The notes under the pieces are model-generated. The model ran no database searches, had not been told where the DNA came from, and saw only the letters and a program-made list of their open reading frames with translations. This document shows, piece after piece, positions 14,015 to 28,500 of a stretch of 64,000 nucleotides of DNA. Position numbers and translations under genes: made by a program. Source of the DNA: Camelus ferus. Taxonomy: Eukaryota. The DNA lies in NCBI RefSeq assembly GCF_009834535.1, contig NC_045707.1, forward strand, positions 49,354,001 through 49,418,000, given 5' to 3'. Every line of letters starts with the position of its first letter. Within the stretch, counting starts at the first letter, position 1.

Positions 14015-14160
14015 ATTAATAATACTTTCTGTCTATTAAACGCTTTCTGTGTGTCAGACACTTACTGCTTTATGCGTATGATCTGATTCAATCCTCATGA
14101 CCAGCCTACTTTACAAATAAGGAAACTGAAGCTAAAAAAATTAAGCAAGTTGCCTAATAC
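14015..14160 (-). mobile_element. MIR SINE
   Basis: ttcaatcctcatgacc..tttacaaataaggaaactgaagct. Confidence 0.7.
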
Positions 14161-14173
14161 CAAAACTTGATAA

Positions 14174-14328
14174 GGGGGAGGGTATAGCTCAGTGGTAGAG
14201 TGTGTGCTAGCATGCATGAGATCCTGGGTTCAATCCCCAGTACCTCCATTAAAAAAAAAAATCTAAACAAATAAATAAACTTAATTACCTCCTCCCACTA
14301 AAAAAATAAAAAATATTTAACATAACAA
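14174..14328 (+). mobile_element. tRNA-derived SINE, camelid Vic-1-like
   Basis: gggggagggtatagctcagtggtagag (A box), cctgggttcaatccc (B box), A-rich tail. TSD aaaacttgataa (14162-14173) / aaaactcaataa (14329-14340). Confidence 0.9.
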
Positions 14329-15559
14329 AAAACTCAATAAAAGTTTTATTTCTCTGAATTTCCATGTCATTTTCCATGTCATATTTTTTATCCAGCCCTT
14401 GCCACTTCTTGTCATGTTACTTTCATTTTTCCTATGTTTCTAACCTCATGAAATCAATTATTAGCCTCTTTAAAACATGCATTATTTCTCATTTCAATTT
14501 ATATCTACAATTTAAACAACACCTTGGACACAATAGGAGCTCCATCAATGTTTGTTATTAATAACATAAGAGCTCATAGCAAATAAGACCATAAGATACT
14601 GTTATACAAGTTCAAAGGATAAAATAGGGAACTTGGTCTCTGTGTCATATAACCTTTAAAAGGTTATGTTATCTACAAATAAAATGTGTAGCGTAAGTTT
14701 TAAGGACTGAAATCAGAGACCTAGCTGTACTGCTTACTGGCTGTGAGCCCCTGAGCTAGTCCTCAATCTCTCAAAGATTTTGCTTCCTCTCCTCAGGAAG
14801 GAATCACATCTCCCTGAAAGGTTTGTGAAGAGGCAACAATAGCTTGGGCAGACTAAAAACTGTAATAATGTGATACTGTCAATTTATATCAGTCATTTGA
14901 TAATATTATGTGACACACATGTAGAATATGATATATGATATACAATATGCATTGTACCATATAATATGCTACATAGACATCACATAGTGTTACACTGTCA
15001 TTTTAAAATATCTGTTAATTTTTGGTCATAGCCCACAGTGAGCTCTCAACAAAATATATTAAGCCTGATTCCCTAGACAGAGAAAATGCTGTTATTGTCA
15101 CTGATGTGTAGTTGCTGCTTCTTTCATCTGTCTTCTTTATTTCTCCCTCTGCCTGTCATTTCTGTCCCCAGGCATATGTCCTGTCAGAACCATGAAATAT
15201 TAATCAACTCCCTGAGGGAAAGCTTTCCCTAGAACTATTCTTCCGCCTAATTTTCCATACTTCTATGAATCCCTCTTTCCTCAACCTTATCCTATTCTTG
15301 CTGCAGACCTAGACTGAAGATACTTTAGCTCATGCTGGCAAACTGTTGCATTGGGTTGGTAGAGTCCATATTAAGTCACCATCAGGTTCCTGCAGCAGCA
15401 TGGATAACCGACTGTGCATAATAACACCGGTTTAAAAATGTTTATTGGTTGAAATTTAACTTCATCATAGGACACACTCACCTATATTATCTCTTCCATA
15501 CCCTTTCAAGAAATTCTTTATGCCTAACATAATTGTATGTTTCTGAAGGCAAAGCCCTA

Positions 15560-16400
15560 AAAGAAGATACTCTTCACATTAAATTTTTTGAGACACACAA
15601 AAATCATTTTTAAAAATGTAATTAGAAAAGCATATGCTCTTGATTTTAGAAAATTCAACCAAGATAGATAGCTATGAAACAAAATCCTCCAAGCCCCCAT
15701 GATCCCACCTTTATCACTGTTAGAAATAATCATTATTAATTAATTCTTGTGTATACTTTCAGAAAATAGCTATACAAACACAAATGTGCCTCAGTCTTAC
15801 ACATCTTCATACTCCCTGCACACACACTTATTCACATACTAGAATTTGTACACATATAATTTATTTTTTAATACATGTAGTATGTGTTACTCATATTGTT
15901 CTGCAACTTAAATATCTGAAATACAATAATCATAATTATAATAGTTGTATATTAGATACAGAATCTATTTATTTTATATTATTTATTTTAATTACACTTA
16001 CAGTATTCCACTGAATGGGCATTCTATAACTTATCATGGAATTCTCTTATTTATGAAGATTTCACTTTTTCCCCCCTTTTTTTGGTGGTTATAAACAGCG
16101 CTGCACTGAATGTGGTTGTGACTTCATTATTGCAAACCTGGGTCAACACTCATACACCCATAGGTGGCTTAAAGAAAAGGGACATGGTTCTGTTAAAGTA
16201 AACTTTTTTGTATTTTGATAGGCATTTTTCTCCTACAGTCTGACTTGTTTACACCCCCAACAAAAGTGTATGAGAATGCCACTTTTATAGTTGATTAAAA
16301 AAATGGCAACCTATTATATTGCTATCTTATCTTGCACGTCTGTCTTTATGAGTGAAGCTGATCATTTCTTCATTATTTTTCCGTTCCATGAGTGGCATAT
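15560..16400 (-). mobile_element. Highly diverged L1ME-type 3' remnant
   Basis: Antisense L1 motifs (acagtattccactgaatgg; ataaacagcgctgcactgaa; caacaaaagtgtatgagaatgcc). Confidence 0.5.
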
Positions 16401-16509
16401 AAATGCAACTGTACATTGCATTCCTAGCTTTTTCCTGCCATAGAACATGCTCTCCAGAATGGTAGCAGTCTTGTGCGAAAGGGGAGAGCTTAACACAGTA
16501 GCATCTGAG

Positions 16510-16940
16510 CAGCAGTTCTCTAACATTCTGCCTCAGGATTCCTTTTACATTCTTAAAAACTATTGAGCCCAAAGTGCTTGTGTTTATATAGGTTCTATCT
16601 AGTGATATTTATCACATTAATAAGACTAAAATAATAATTATTTAATATAATGCTAAACTCTTTATAAATTAATATAAATGAATTTTAATGAAAATAACAT
16701 TTTAAAGAATTTCTGTTCTTTAAACAGCTAAATTCTGGTATCTGCTTCTGAATCCAATTTATTTCCATATCAAATATCACGTTGCCTCTGGAAAACTCCA
16801 GGATACTGTTGTGAGATAGTAAAAGTGAAAAGGGCAAATAATGGCTCAGTCGTATTACAAAAGAGGTCTTTAACCTCGTGTACCTGAAAAGGTCTTTGTG
16901 TACCCAGAGGTACTTGGACCACACTTTGAGAACAACTCTG
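16510..16940. mobile_element. hAT-Charlie non-autonomous DNA transposon (Charlie4-like)
   Basis: Terminal inverted repeats cagcagttctc.. / ..tttgagaacaactctg. Internal tttacattcttaaaaactattgag. Confidence 0.7.
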
Positions 16941-17399
16941 TTAGAACAGGAATTTCTGTCTATAGAAATAAGCAAGAATATCCTGCTTGCTTTTTATGTC
17001 CTTTGAGCTTGGGTGCTCAGGCTTCAGAAATCAACTAATAAATAGCAAAGTTATAACAGAGAGACAGCTTGTGTAATAAGGAAGAAAAAACCACCAAGGC
17101 ATCAAGGATTGATTAAAGCAATTTTTTTCTCTGTGGCTTGATAGTTATAGACAAATGAATCCTCTGCCACGGAAAGTTTATTTTGCAAAATTTTGAGCCT
17201 AAGGAAGATTCAAAATTGAAGTTAACACTACAAGTGTTCCAATATTTTATTTTTGTATCTTCAATTATAATTATGTCTAGTGATTAAATCTGATGTTGAC
17301 TGTGCCTGGGCTCAATGTATTATATTATTAAGTTTTTTTTTCACTAACAAAAATGATGGAAGTTCAATTTCTGCATGAGAATATGAGCTAACAAGCTTT

Positions 17400-18350
17400 T
17401 TCCCAACCTTCCCTCAGAATTTCAGTTTCATCTGTTTTCCTACTGATATTCAGAGCTCTGTGCTATTATTTTTCTTTTATTGCCTTACTTTATTATATAC
17501 ACACATAAAATTTAGATGTATTCATAAATGTAATTTCACACATGTGTATTTCTCTTTTGTTTGCCTCCTCCAACTTGCTATTCTCTTAATCTATTCAGGT
17601 CATTTTCCTCTCTGACACCCCAAGTAAGTCATACATTCTTCATATTTATTTCCATGCTCCCATAATAATATATTTCCTATACACACACATAAGTACAAAC
17701 ATGCATTAAAAAGTTCAAATATTTTTCAAATAAATATGATCATAATACATACATCTTTCTGTATCTTTGTTTCACTCAGTAATTTTCCAGGGGAATACAA
17801 CAAGGGAATGAGTATACTTTTAATTAATTATTCTTAAGGGTTGCAAAACATTTTAAGTTTAGTCAACTATCTATTCTCTTATTACGGGCATTTTCATTGC
17901 TGATGATTAGGTTTTATTAATTTATTATTATTATTTTATATCCTTGCCACCCTAAACAATGCTGAAATACAAACACAAACTCTGGATATATATATTTATA
18001 CACTAACACTTTCATTTTTATAGGACAAAAGGATAGAATTCTAAAGTGGAACTGTTGGGTCAACAGGTTTTTATAAGTTAAAACAAAAAATTAATAGAAG
18101 TTGCAGATTGCTTTTCAGACAGGATGTAGGATTCACATTGCCATCAGCAAGGTATAAGAATATCCTTAAACTTGTTAAAGGTATAAAATTTTACACTTGT
18201 TAAATTTTAAAAGTCTGACTAGTATAAAATAATGACTCATTCTCTTACTCATGAGTTTGAACATATTTTCATACTTTGTTGAAATTTTGAACAAAGTTCT
18301 TCTGCAAATAATCTACTTAATTTTTTTTTTTTTTGCATACTTTCCTATGA
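17400..18350 (-). mobile_element. Highly diverged L1ME-type 3' remnant
   Basis: ttctaaagtggaactgttgggtca; ttgcagattgctttt; cacattgccatcagcaaggtataaga. Confidence 0.55.
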
Positions 18351-19319
18351 GCTAGTATAATAGCATGTTCACATGGGACTCTTCATGCTTACAGCTTTGG
18401 CTTAGACAGCAGTCTTGAGAACTGTAGATGCTACCGTCACATTCCAAATCAAAAGGCCAGTTTTTCTATATAGGACTCAAAAAGGACGTATCAAAAACTG
18501 GTTCAATAAACATTAATCCATCATTCATATCCAGGATCTACAAGAGATCTAAAACTATATTAAAAGTTTAAAGAGACCAATAATAGAGGACATTGCAAGT
18601 GTTAGGGAAAAAAAGTGTTTCTCCTTCCCTTAAAGCCAAGCAAGAAGCTTTGATAATGGCGTGGGGAGCTAGATATATGTCCCCTGAAATTGGAGTGGTG
18701 CAGAAATTAGGACGTGACTCACACCTAAAAAGTCTAAAGCAGGTGAGAAGGACTTGCTGGGCAGAGCAGAGACAACAATGGGAGCAGCTGCCCCTTGAGA
18801 ATCTGCCAGGGAACGGACAGGCATTTTCTACAAGCCAGATGAGGTCCCTGTGTCAGAAATCCAGACTTGAGGTATTTTAAAAGGATGAGTGGTGGGGAAA
18901 TGACTTGAACTGAGGATGGGCCATGAGGAGCCACAGTCTGAGCTGAGGAAGCCTTGACTGCCGATGATGGGACATCCCCAGTGGCAGGTCTAGAACATCT
19001 GCCTCTACCAGAGATGCCAACACAAGGGACAACTGTGTAAATTGTCTGGCCCCTCAGCCGTACTCCTACCCTGTGTTTCAATCTTGAAGGATCTTAAAAG
19101 CAGCTTTGTGAGCAGGGGGAGTGGAAAGGAGCAAAAAGGAGCACACAGGCAAGGTGAAAACATAGAAGATGGTTACACTCCCATATTACTTTGCCTGGAA
19201 GTATTTTATTTACCTTTTCTGACTTTTTTGGGTGATTACTGAGATACTTTACTTTCCATTTTTCTTCTCTATTAACTAAGGCCATAAATGCTTCTGAGTA
19301 CTACTTTCACTATTTCCCA

Positions 19320-20270
19320 AAGGAAATAAAAGAAGACACCGTAAACCTCCTAGAAGAGAACATAGGCAAAACATTCTCTGATATAAATCATAGCAATGTT
19401 CTCCTAGGACAGTTTACCCAGGCAATATAAATAAAAGCAAAAATAAACAAATGGGACCTAATTAAATGTATGAGCTTTTTCACAGCAAAGGAAACCATAG
19501 ACAAAATGAAAAGATAACCTATGGAATGGGAGAAAATATCTGCAAACAATGCAACTGACCAGGGCTTAATTTTCAGAACATATAAACAATTCAACAACTC
19601 AATAACAACAACAACAACAAAAACTCAATCCAAAAATGGGCAGAAGACCTAAACAAACATTTCTCCAATAAAAACATAAAAATGGTCAATAGGTACATGA
19701 AAAAATGCTCAATATCACTAATTATCAGAGAAATACAAATCAAAACCACAATGAGGTATCACCTCACACAGGTTAGAAGGGCCATCATTAAAAAGCCCAC
19801 AAACGATAAATGCAGGAGAGGGTGTAGAGAAAAGGGAACTCTCCTACACTGTTGGTGGGAATATAGTTTGGTGCAGTTTTATGGAAAACAGTATAGACAG
19901 TCCTTAAAAAACTGAAAATAGACTTACCTAATGATCCAGCAATCCCACTCCTGGGCATATATCCAGAGGAAACTCTAATTTGAAAAGATTTATGCATCCC
20001 AATGTTCATAGCAGCACTATTTACAATAGTCGAGACATGGAAGCAACCTAGATGCCCATCGACAGATAACTGGATAAAGAATTTGTGACATATACATATA
20101 GATAGATATATATATAGATATAGATATAGATATAGATATAAACTACTCAGCCATAAAAAAGAATAAAACAATGCCATTTGCAGCAACATGGATGGACCTG
20201 TAGGTTGTCATACCAAGTGAAGTAAGCCAGAAAGTGAAAGAAAAATACAATATGATCTCACATTTATGTA
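19320..20270 (+). mobile_element. L1 ORF2 3' region, truncated, containing an (ATATAG)n microsatellite at ~20090-20140
   Basis: ORF 19682 [24 protein letters not shown]...GTLLHCWWE is the L1 ORF2 cysteine-rich C-terminal region. Confidence 0.95.
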
Positions 20271-20422
20271 TGAATTCAGAGATCTGAAGTTTAGGATATT
20301 ACTATAAAGGAGCAACCAGGCAACATATGCATGACCCCAAAATCTACAGCTTTCCTAGATGTGATATAACATTATGCTGTACTAACCAAAGTGTTTTTAT
20401 TTCCCTGCCTTCTTTAACTCTA

Positions 20423-20622
20423 GTGGTCAGTTTTCCTTCAGGAAACATTTGGCAATGTCTGGAGACACTTCTGAGTGTCATAACAGAAGGTGGGTACTAA
20501 CGGTATCTAGTCGGTGGAGGCCAGTGATGCTAAGAAACATCCTAGAATACAGAGGACAGCCCTTCACAGCAAAGAATTATCCAACCCAAAATGTCAATAG
20601 TACCAAGGTTGAGAGGCTCTGG
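20423..20622. mobile_element. MER20 (hAT-Charlie MITE)
   Basis: catttggcaatgtctggagaca...aggacagcccttcacagcaaagaattatccaacccaaaatgtcaatagt. Confidence 0.85.
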
Positions 20623-23159
20623 TTTAAGACATTAATTTCCTCACTGTCCCAACCTCCTTAGTGTAGATATGATATTTGTATCACTATGTCACTTTTAAGT
20701 GACATTCTGTAAGTATCAAGCATGAAATAGACCATTTGATTATTTCATTTCTTCCTATCTGTATTTATACACACCACTTTTCACCAATACTTCTTACTTT
20801 TGAATATATTTGTGTCACTCTCCTGGGTGAATCCATGATAGTTATATAGTATCTTTTAAAATGTGGCCATCCAACAACTCTGGAGAAATACACAAACCTT
20901 ATCTGAAAAACAAATTGGTTGCAGTTATAGCTTCATCTGGTCCCTTGGCATATATCTGTAATGCTGATTTAGTACATCTGATAAGTGTTTCCCTAATGCA
21001 TCTCTTTAGCAGCATTAGAAATAATAGCTGAAAGAAATGAGTCTTTCCAGTTGTAGTAACTATAGTTGGAGAGTATTTTAAATCAAATTTATTGCTAGAA
21101 TATTTGTAATGTCCAAAAATTTGACTTGTATAATTTGTATATTTCTTTGCTAGGTGTCATGCTGAAAAGTATTGACACAGAGGCTTGCCATTATAAATAG
21201 GATTGCTGTTGTGTTGTTTTTTCTTTAGTTTTTCTGAAATTGCAATTAATGAAGAGAAATAATTAAATAGCTGTTAAGAGAAGCTGTCTGGGATACTCGC
21301 TGTATTTATCCAATGCTATCTGCCCCACTGCAGATCTTTATCTATATATAAAAATTTGCCTTTAGTTTTTGAGAAAATAGCATGTTTTAATATCTCAATT
21401 ATCTTTCTGGTAAGAGATGAAAAATCATAGTTTACTTTTAAGATGAAGAGTATGACCTTGAAATGTTTTTGTTCATGCATCTAGACTCCATTCATGCATA
21501 AGTATGCCAAGGGAGTAATCAAGGTAGCTGTTTCTGTCTTCCCTGACTGCTGGGTGTTATTACCCAAATCAAGCACATTAAACACATTGTGGAGGAGATA
21601 GGAAAGGAAATGAGCCTTAAAACATGTTTTTAAAGATATTTTTAACTTGGCAGTCTTCTAATAGGGAATCATTTTTCTTTTGAGGAGCAATGGATGGTCA
21701 GTATCAGTTACTTTTCAGAATGCGAGTTGAAAAGAACGTATCTTATGCTAGGTACTTGATTTTGAAAACAATTTTGTTTTTGAAAAATAAAAATCACTTT
21801 ACAATGAAAACTTTTTAATACTCTAGATAAGATTGCTCTATTCAGATACTACATAATGTCAAAGCATTCAAAGGAATGCTGTAATTTAGGGCAGAAATGC
21901 AACAATTTTTGAGAAGGTAATGAAAAACACTTGGCTTATGTGATAAAGAACAAAATAAAAGAGAAGAGTAATCTCATGAATTTGGCAAAATAAATGCCTT
22001 TAATCTTATCTAGATACTCATAAATTATTTGGCACAATATCAAGTTAATCGTTCTGTTTACAGGAAGATGACGTTTTAAGTACAAGAGAATTTTTTTTCC
22101 CCTTTCCTAGTGAAATGTAAGATAAAAGAACAATCTTTCTTTTGTGCTGCAGTGGAATGATTAGAATAAGAAAAAGTGTATACCCATTAAAAAAGAATCT
22201 GACTTTTATTTTCTGAGGGTAACAAACAAAAATAGCACCATTGATTCTACCAAACTTTATTTCTCTTGATGACCTGAAATTTCAATGTCTATGAGAAAAA
22301 CTTGACTGTGGCCTAGGATTCTGGCTAGCATTCAGATTCCCTCCCAATGTTGTGAAATCTCATGAGAGAGCATAAGCTAATAGGAGTATTAAATTTATTC
22401 CAACTTTGCAATTGTAAGACCACTAATTAATAGCCGATTTGATTACCATTCATTGTCTTCAGAAGGCAGGTACTTTTTTCTATCATGAGCCACTCAAAAA
22501 CAATCACCCACAATGTACAAATACAAAATCATTTGTCTGTAATAGCAAGAACAATTTGTACCCTCCAAAATGTTGTTTTTAGTTTCCAGCAACCTGCAAA
22601 AATATTGCTGAATATATGCAGAATGAGTGAATGGATTGTTAATAGGAATTTCATGTTTGTATTGCCTTGTAGATTTCAAAAAAAATTTTGTTTTTCAGAA
22701 ATTGATCATTCAACTTTACAATCTTTGCTTTCAGCAGGATGAATATTAGGCTTATTTATGGATGAGGAAAATTAGGTTCAGAGCTGTTGCATGGTTTACA
22801 TAAGGCTACAGAGTCAGCAAGTGATAGAGTCAATAATAAAACTAATGTGTTTTGTACTAAAGGAAGGTATCTGTCTGCTAAATGAAAACCCCAATATTTT
22901 TAGAAGAGCATAATATCATCTAGAGCTTCCACAATTTTACATCCACAATTCTAATCTCACAAATCTAACTTAAGAAATCTAATCAAAGTTAACTCATCAT
23001 GATAAAATGGAGAGCCAATACATAAGAAATAAGGAATCCACAGGCAAAAGACAAGGTAATTTAGAGTCCCTAAAAAAAGTATAACATACTCAATAAAACA
23101 GAGAAACAGATTAAGACTTTCAGCAGAGAATTGGAACCCATTAAAAAAGTTAATTCTAG

Positions 23160-23335
23160 AACTATACTATCTAATACATTAACCATTAGCCAATTGTGGC
23201 TGTTTAAACTTAAATTAATTGAAGTTAAAAAATAAAATTTAAAAGTCAGTTCCTTCTTCACACTAGCCACATTCCAAGAGCTCAACAGCCACATGTGGTG
23301 GATGCCTACCATATTAAATAGTACAGATTATAGTA
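23160..23335. mobile_element. MER3-like hAT MITE
   Basis: cactagccacattccaagagctcaacagccacatgtgg..taccatatt. Confidence 0.8.
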
Positions 23336-23469
23336 CTTTTTCACAAACCAGAAATAAAAATCATAATAATTGAAACTGAGAAATCAAAATAGGCTTAATA
23401 TTAGACTAAACAAAGCAAAACAGCAGATGAAAAAACTGGAAAAGAAGTAATTAGAAAATTATTTTTAAA

Positions 23470-25930
23470 AAATAATTATTCAGTCTCTGGATATTGTCTT
23501 AAGGGCATACAGAAAGTATAAGGATATTCACTCAAGGAAATCTACTAAATCTCAGTAAGAACAATGAGAGTCTGTGGCATTTGAGTAATTCCTTGCTTCC
23601 TTTCCCTAGACCTAGCACCAGTCCAGATTTATGAAAACTCTATTCTGGGTACATGCAAATAAGCCCAGGACTCCCTCTCCCTCCAGTTCTAAGTATAAGG
23701 CTATAGTTTCACTAGTATTTCTCATAGCTCCTAGCTCCATGTAGCAAAGCTCTATTCTAGGTGGGAACAGCGAAGAAAACTAAGCCTCTCTTTGCCCACC
23801 CAGTCTCTACTTATATAGAAGTATCTATAGAGAAGAATCTTTATTTCAGGGAAAAAAAAAAAAGTTCAGGAATACTGGAGTCATAATCAGCCCTACACTA
23901 GGTCACCTGTAGGATTAAGGTTCCACGCCCAGTGGACAATCCAGAAAGACAGGAGCTACTCTTACTTCTTGTGTTCTCTTGTAGAGTTGATTTGTGACTC
24001 TGGGAGAAATAAACCTCCATCCTCACCCCAAGCTACTGTGCAAAGGCACAGTTTCTTTTCAGTGGAAGAGATAACTTATAAGGGGAATGAATGTATTTAA
24101 TATATTTGGAACAAAGTATGGGGGATTTCATACCTAAGGGTCATACCCTAGGATGTACCCTCTCAAGAGTAACTAGAGAAAAAACATCCAAGCTACTAGT
24201 CTCTGATTGAATATGTGGGAAAAATTGTAAACTCCTTGAACTATGACACAGATTCCAAGCCAAGTATACAAATTCATTAGTAAAAAATTAAAATCTACAG
24301 TAGTAAGGTGACTAAAATACAACCTCTGACCAATAAATGACTTATGCTGCCACAGGGATAGTAGCTGCTTACAGATAAAACCAATAAGAAAAATCTGAGC
24401 AAAGATATCAGAAACTAAATATTAAAGAAGAAAATAGACTTCACAGAATTAGTTTAGTCACCTCAGTAAACAAACAAATGACCAAGCAAAATCAGCACTG
24501 ACATTACCCCCAAATGGATCAGTAACCAGTATTACTACAAAATATTATCTAAAATGTCCATTTTTCACCAAAATTTGCAATACATGCAAAGACATAGGAA
24601 GTATAACCCATACGTAGTCTTTTTTAAGCTGACAACAAAACTGCTTTGAAGTTACCAACTCTTAGATTTAACAGAAACTTCATATTGCACTTATAATTAT
24701 GTTTAAAGAACTAAAGGAAACCATGTTTAAATAATTAAAGAAGTATCATAAAAATGTTTCATCAAACAGAAAATGTACAAAAAGAAGTATAAGTTATAAA
24801 AAGAAAGACCAAATGGGAATTCTGGAGTTGCATACTACAATAACTAAAATGAAACTAAAATTATTACAGGGGCTCAATAGTAGTTTTCAGCTGGCAGAGA
24901 AAATAATCAGTAAGCTTTAATATGGATCAAAAGAAAGTATGCAATATAAAAAAAGGAGAGAGAAAAGAATAGAGAAAAAAGAACAGAGCCTCAGAGAAGG
25001 TGTGGGACAATATTATACTCATCAATAGACGCATAATGGAAGCACCAGAAAGAGAGAAGGAAGTGTGAAAGGAGCAGGAGTGGAAAAAATATTGGAAGAA
25101 ACAACAGTTGAAAAACTTCCCAAATTTGATGAAAACATTATTCTACATATGCAAGAAGCTCAATAAACTGCAAACAGGATAAAGGCAAAGACATGATTAA
25201 CAGCAGACACCTCATTATAAACAGTGAAAGCTGTAAGACAGTGGGCTGTCATATTCAAAGTTCTCAAATTAAAACAAAGCAAAATCTGTCAATCAAGTAT
25301 TCTTGGTCAAGCAAAACTATCTTATAAAAATGAAGCTGAAATAAAGACATCCCAAGACAAATATGTCAAAAGAATTTGTTGCTAACACACCTGCCTTACA
25401 AGAAATATGCAAAGAGGTTCTTCAGATTGAAATTAAGAGACACCAGATAGTAATTTAAACTCTGCACACACAAAAAAACAGAGTACCAGTAATGATAATT
25501 AGGTAAATCATAAAAGATATTGTTATTGTGTATTTATTCTCCTTTTTTTTTTCTCTTAGCTTATTTAAAAGACAGTTGCATGAACTCGTTTTAGTTCTAA
25601 CATACAAAGAGCTTAGAATTCTTCACAGTCATCGTGACAACTGGGAAAAGTCAAACAAACTGAAAATCAAAGACTTTCCCTGGACCTACCAGAGAATTAA
25701 GTTTACAAGGCAAGCTAACACTCCAAAATTTGGAGAGGAAGGTGAATTGAGAGTCACAGCAGAGCTCTATTACCTGGAACAGAAGCTCTTGGAGCCATAA
25801 GCTAGCCTGTCCTGTAAGAAATGTTAAATGTTCTTCAAGGAAAGAAAAATGATATAGGTCAGAAACTCAGATCTACACAAAGAAAAGAAAAGCATTGGAA
25901 AAGAAATATCTGAAAGTAAAATAAAACCTC
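23470..25930 (+). mobile_element. Old L1 5'UTR and ORF1 remnants (L1MC/MD-type, more than one piece)
   Basis: ORF1 motifs gaacagagcctcagaga, aaaacttcccaaatttgatgaaa, caagaagctcaataaact, aaaaatgaagctgaaataaagacat. Confidence 0.75.
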
Positions 25931-27599
25931 TCTGTTTCACTTCCTTCCATCTGTTTTCTGAATTTAGGTGTGTTTTGTACATTTAAACTGGGAAGCTCCT
26001 GTGTTCCTACTTGAACCACAACTAAGTCAAAGAGCTCCTGCCAGTAGATATACCCTATTTCCATTGTTCAAAATAAGGATGAGCTAGTTTTCTCTTCTGG
26101 GAGGTGTCATCTAGTTTGCACTACGGTGCCCTGCCAGCCTTTCCAGGAATCTGCACCTCTGTTTAATGTTCATGGTTTTTGGAAAACCCATCCTCTCACA
26201 TCATAGTTTGTGTTAATATGGTTTCTAATTTTGTCAAAGATGGAGACTGTATTTCTGCTTTTCTTTCTATTATTGGAGGGTAATTTCAAAGAAGACAAAG
26301 AAGTAGAGCTGTCTTCTCCAATATTTTAAAACCAGAGTGTTTCTGTTCATATTTTACACATAATGCATTTGGGATAAGATACTAGAAACTATTAAACAAA
26401 ATATTTTTTACTCTTTTTTTTAAATCATAGTTTTATAATTCTCTATATACTTTGAAATAATACTCAGCACTTCAGGAGAGAAAGAAAATATCTTCATGTC
26501 TTGACTCGGGCTTTCCCAAGGGTCTTGTGGAGATAAGACTCCATATTTATGCTTTGTGGTAAAAGAAAATAAGCCAATAAATAATAAAAAATATTACCTA
26601 AGATATGCCAAACAAACTTTGGGGCTCTGACTGTAGTTTTTCCTTTTAGCTATATTTATAGAGCACAGAGATATGACATAAGGGGGGGTAGGTCCTTCAT
26701 GGTAGGAATAGTGCCTTTGTAATGAGAGAATGGCAGAAATACAAGCTGCAAGTATCTGGGTTCTCTTCTTGTTGTGATCAAAATATAGGAGAAAGTTGCA
26801 AGAGGTGACAGAAATGCCAAGATAGGTGGTATTTGTGTCTTTGTGTGTCTTAAATAGGAATATGCAAGAGCATATCTTAGGAAAATTGTAAGCTCTTTGG
26901 AGAGCCCTATGACTAAACTGGCATTGTAGCAATGAAGAGGAACCCAAAAGTAAATAAAAAGTGGCTAAGATGTCTAGCATACGGATCTGATATAGGACTC
27001 CTAGTTCTCCATGATTGGTGTGAAACAAGGGAAAAATCTAGAAGTTTCTAGATGCCTGGTTCAGAATTGTTGAAACAACTGGTGTAGCAGGAGAAGCCTG
27101 GGCTTGTGAGGAAGAAGCCTCACAGCATGACGACCCTGAGATCAGAGATTATGGCATGTCAGAGAAATTTCAGGAACATTTACCATTACATCAACCTTAA
27201 ACTAGTCAAATTCTCAGAGACTGCAAGCACAGCTCTACAGATTAATGGATTAAGGCTAATCTACCTGACTGCAACTGAGATCAGCAGAGAAATACAGGAC
27301 AGCAGGCAACTCTAAGCTCCATTTCTTTGAGATCAGAATGCATTTTACCCTCCTCTATATCCAGGCACCAAATCATGAGGGACCAGGGAAGGAAAGCCTG
27401 GCTGCTAAAAGAAAAGAAAAAGACCTGATGAGGAGGGCTCTGAAGTGAATCAAAGAAGCTCTTTTAAAGCTTAAGAAACTGAAATATGTTTAATTGGCAA
27501 GTTTATTCATTTTTCTGCCAATAAACAGAAAAACAGATTCCTAAGGACATGTTATCAGTTACAGAAAAATTATTATTTTGATTTGTTTCTGCATGCAAA

Positions 27600-28500
27600 A
27601 TGCTACACAAAATTGAAATTATTTTGTATATGTAAAATTTTACCCAGTTTTAACTTATAATGTTATAAAAATCATTTTCCATTTTATTGAAACGCTTTTA
27701 ATAGATACCTTTCACATCTCTTGGCAAAGCAGCTTCTTTTGCCTCTCTCTAGTCTGAATTTTTACATTAGAATATTTAAATAATCTACAATCAGTTTTAT
27801 TTTCTTATTTGAGAAGATCTATTTTTCCCCCAAACACCTAACCAGTTGTCCCACCTCTTTCTACTGAATAACTCTTCCTTGACTCACTGATTGTTTCCAC
27901 TTTACTATATATTAAATTACATAATAGAATTTATTTTTAGTCAAATTACCTGTTCACACTTTCTGTACTGATTTAATAATTATAGTTTCAGAATATGTTT
28001 TAACATCTGGGAGGGCTAATCTAGCTCAACATCGTTCTTTTTCCCTATTCTTAGCTATTTTCCACCTTTTTTCATGTAGATAAATTTTGAAATCACAATG
28101 TCAAGATTTAAAAGGAAAATGTCACTGACATTTTGACTGGGATTGTATTGGATTTGTGCATTAATTGTTGTTCCTCATCTGGAATGTGGTATGTCTCTAT
28201 ATTTCTGTATTTTTTTTTGCATATTTGTTGGGTAATACATTTGTTGGTTTTGTGTTGTTTGTACATACAAGTCACACATGCTTTTTTAAAAGGTAATAGT
28301 TATATTACTTCTCATTTACTGTTGTATTTATACTAGTATATAGGAACTATACTAATTTGTTGTATATTTTTATATGCACAGTCATTTATAGAGCTCTTAC
28401 TAGTTCTAACAGTTTTATAGGTAGATTGTTTTGGCTTTCTAGTTGGTTCTAGAAAGTTTCTTTCTTTCATTTTACTGAGAATCACTCCCTGCTTTATACT
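27600..28500 (-). mobile_element. Diverged L1ME-type ORF2 remnant
   Basis: ccagttgtcccacc; attttgactgggattgtattggattt; tctaacagttttataggtagat. Confidence 0.6.

Noticed and set aside
14174..14250. tRNA-like sequence (also at 31522-31600)
   Set aside because: It has A/B boxes but also an A-rich tail and TSDs, and occurs as two diverged copies, so it is a SINE head rather than a tRNA gene.
26594..27028. Longest ORF in the window (144 aa, minus)
   Set aside because: Non-ATG start, no recognisable homology or domain; probably a chance ORF or old repeat.
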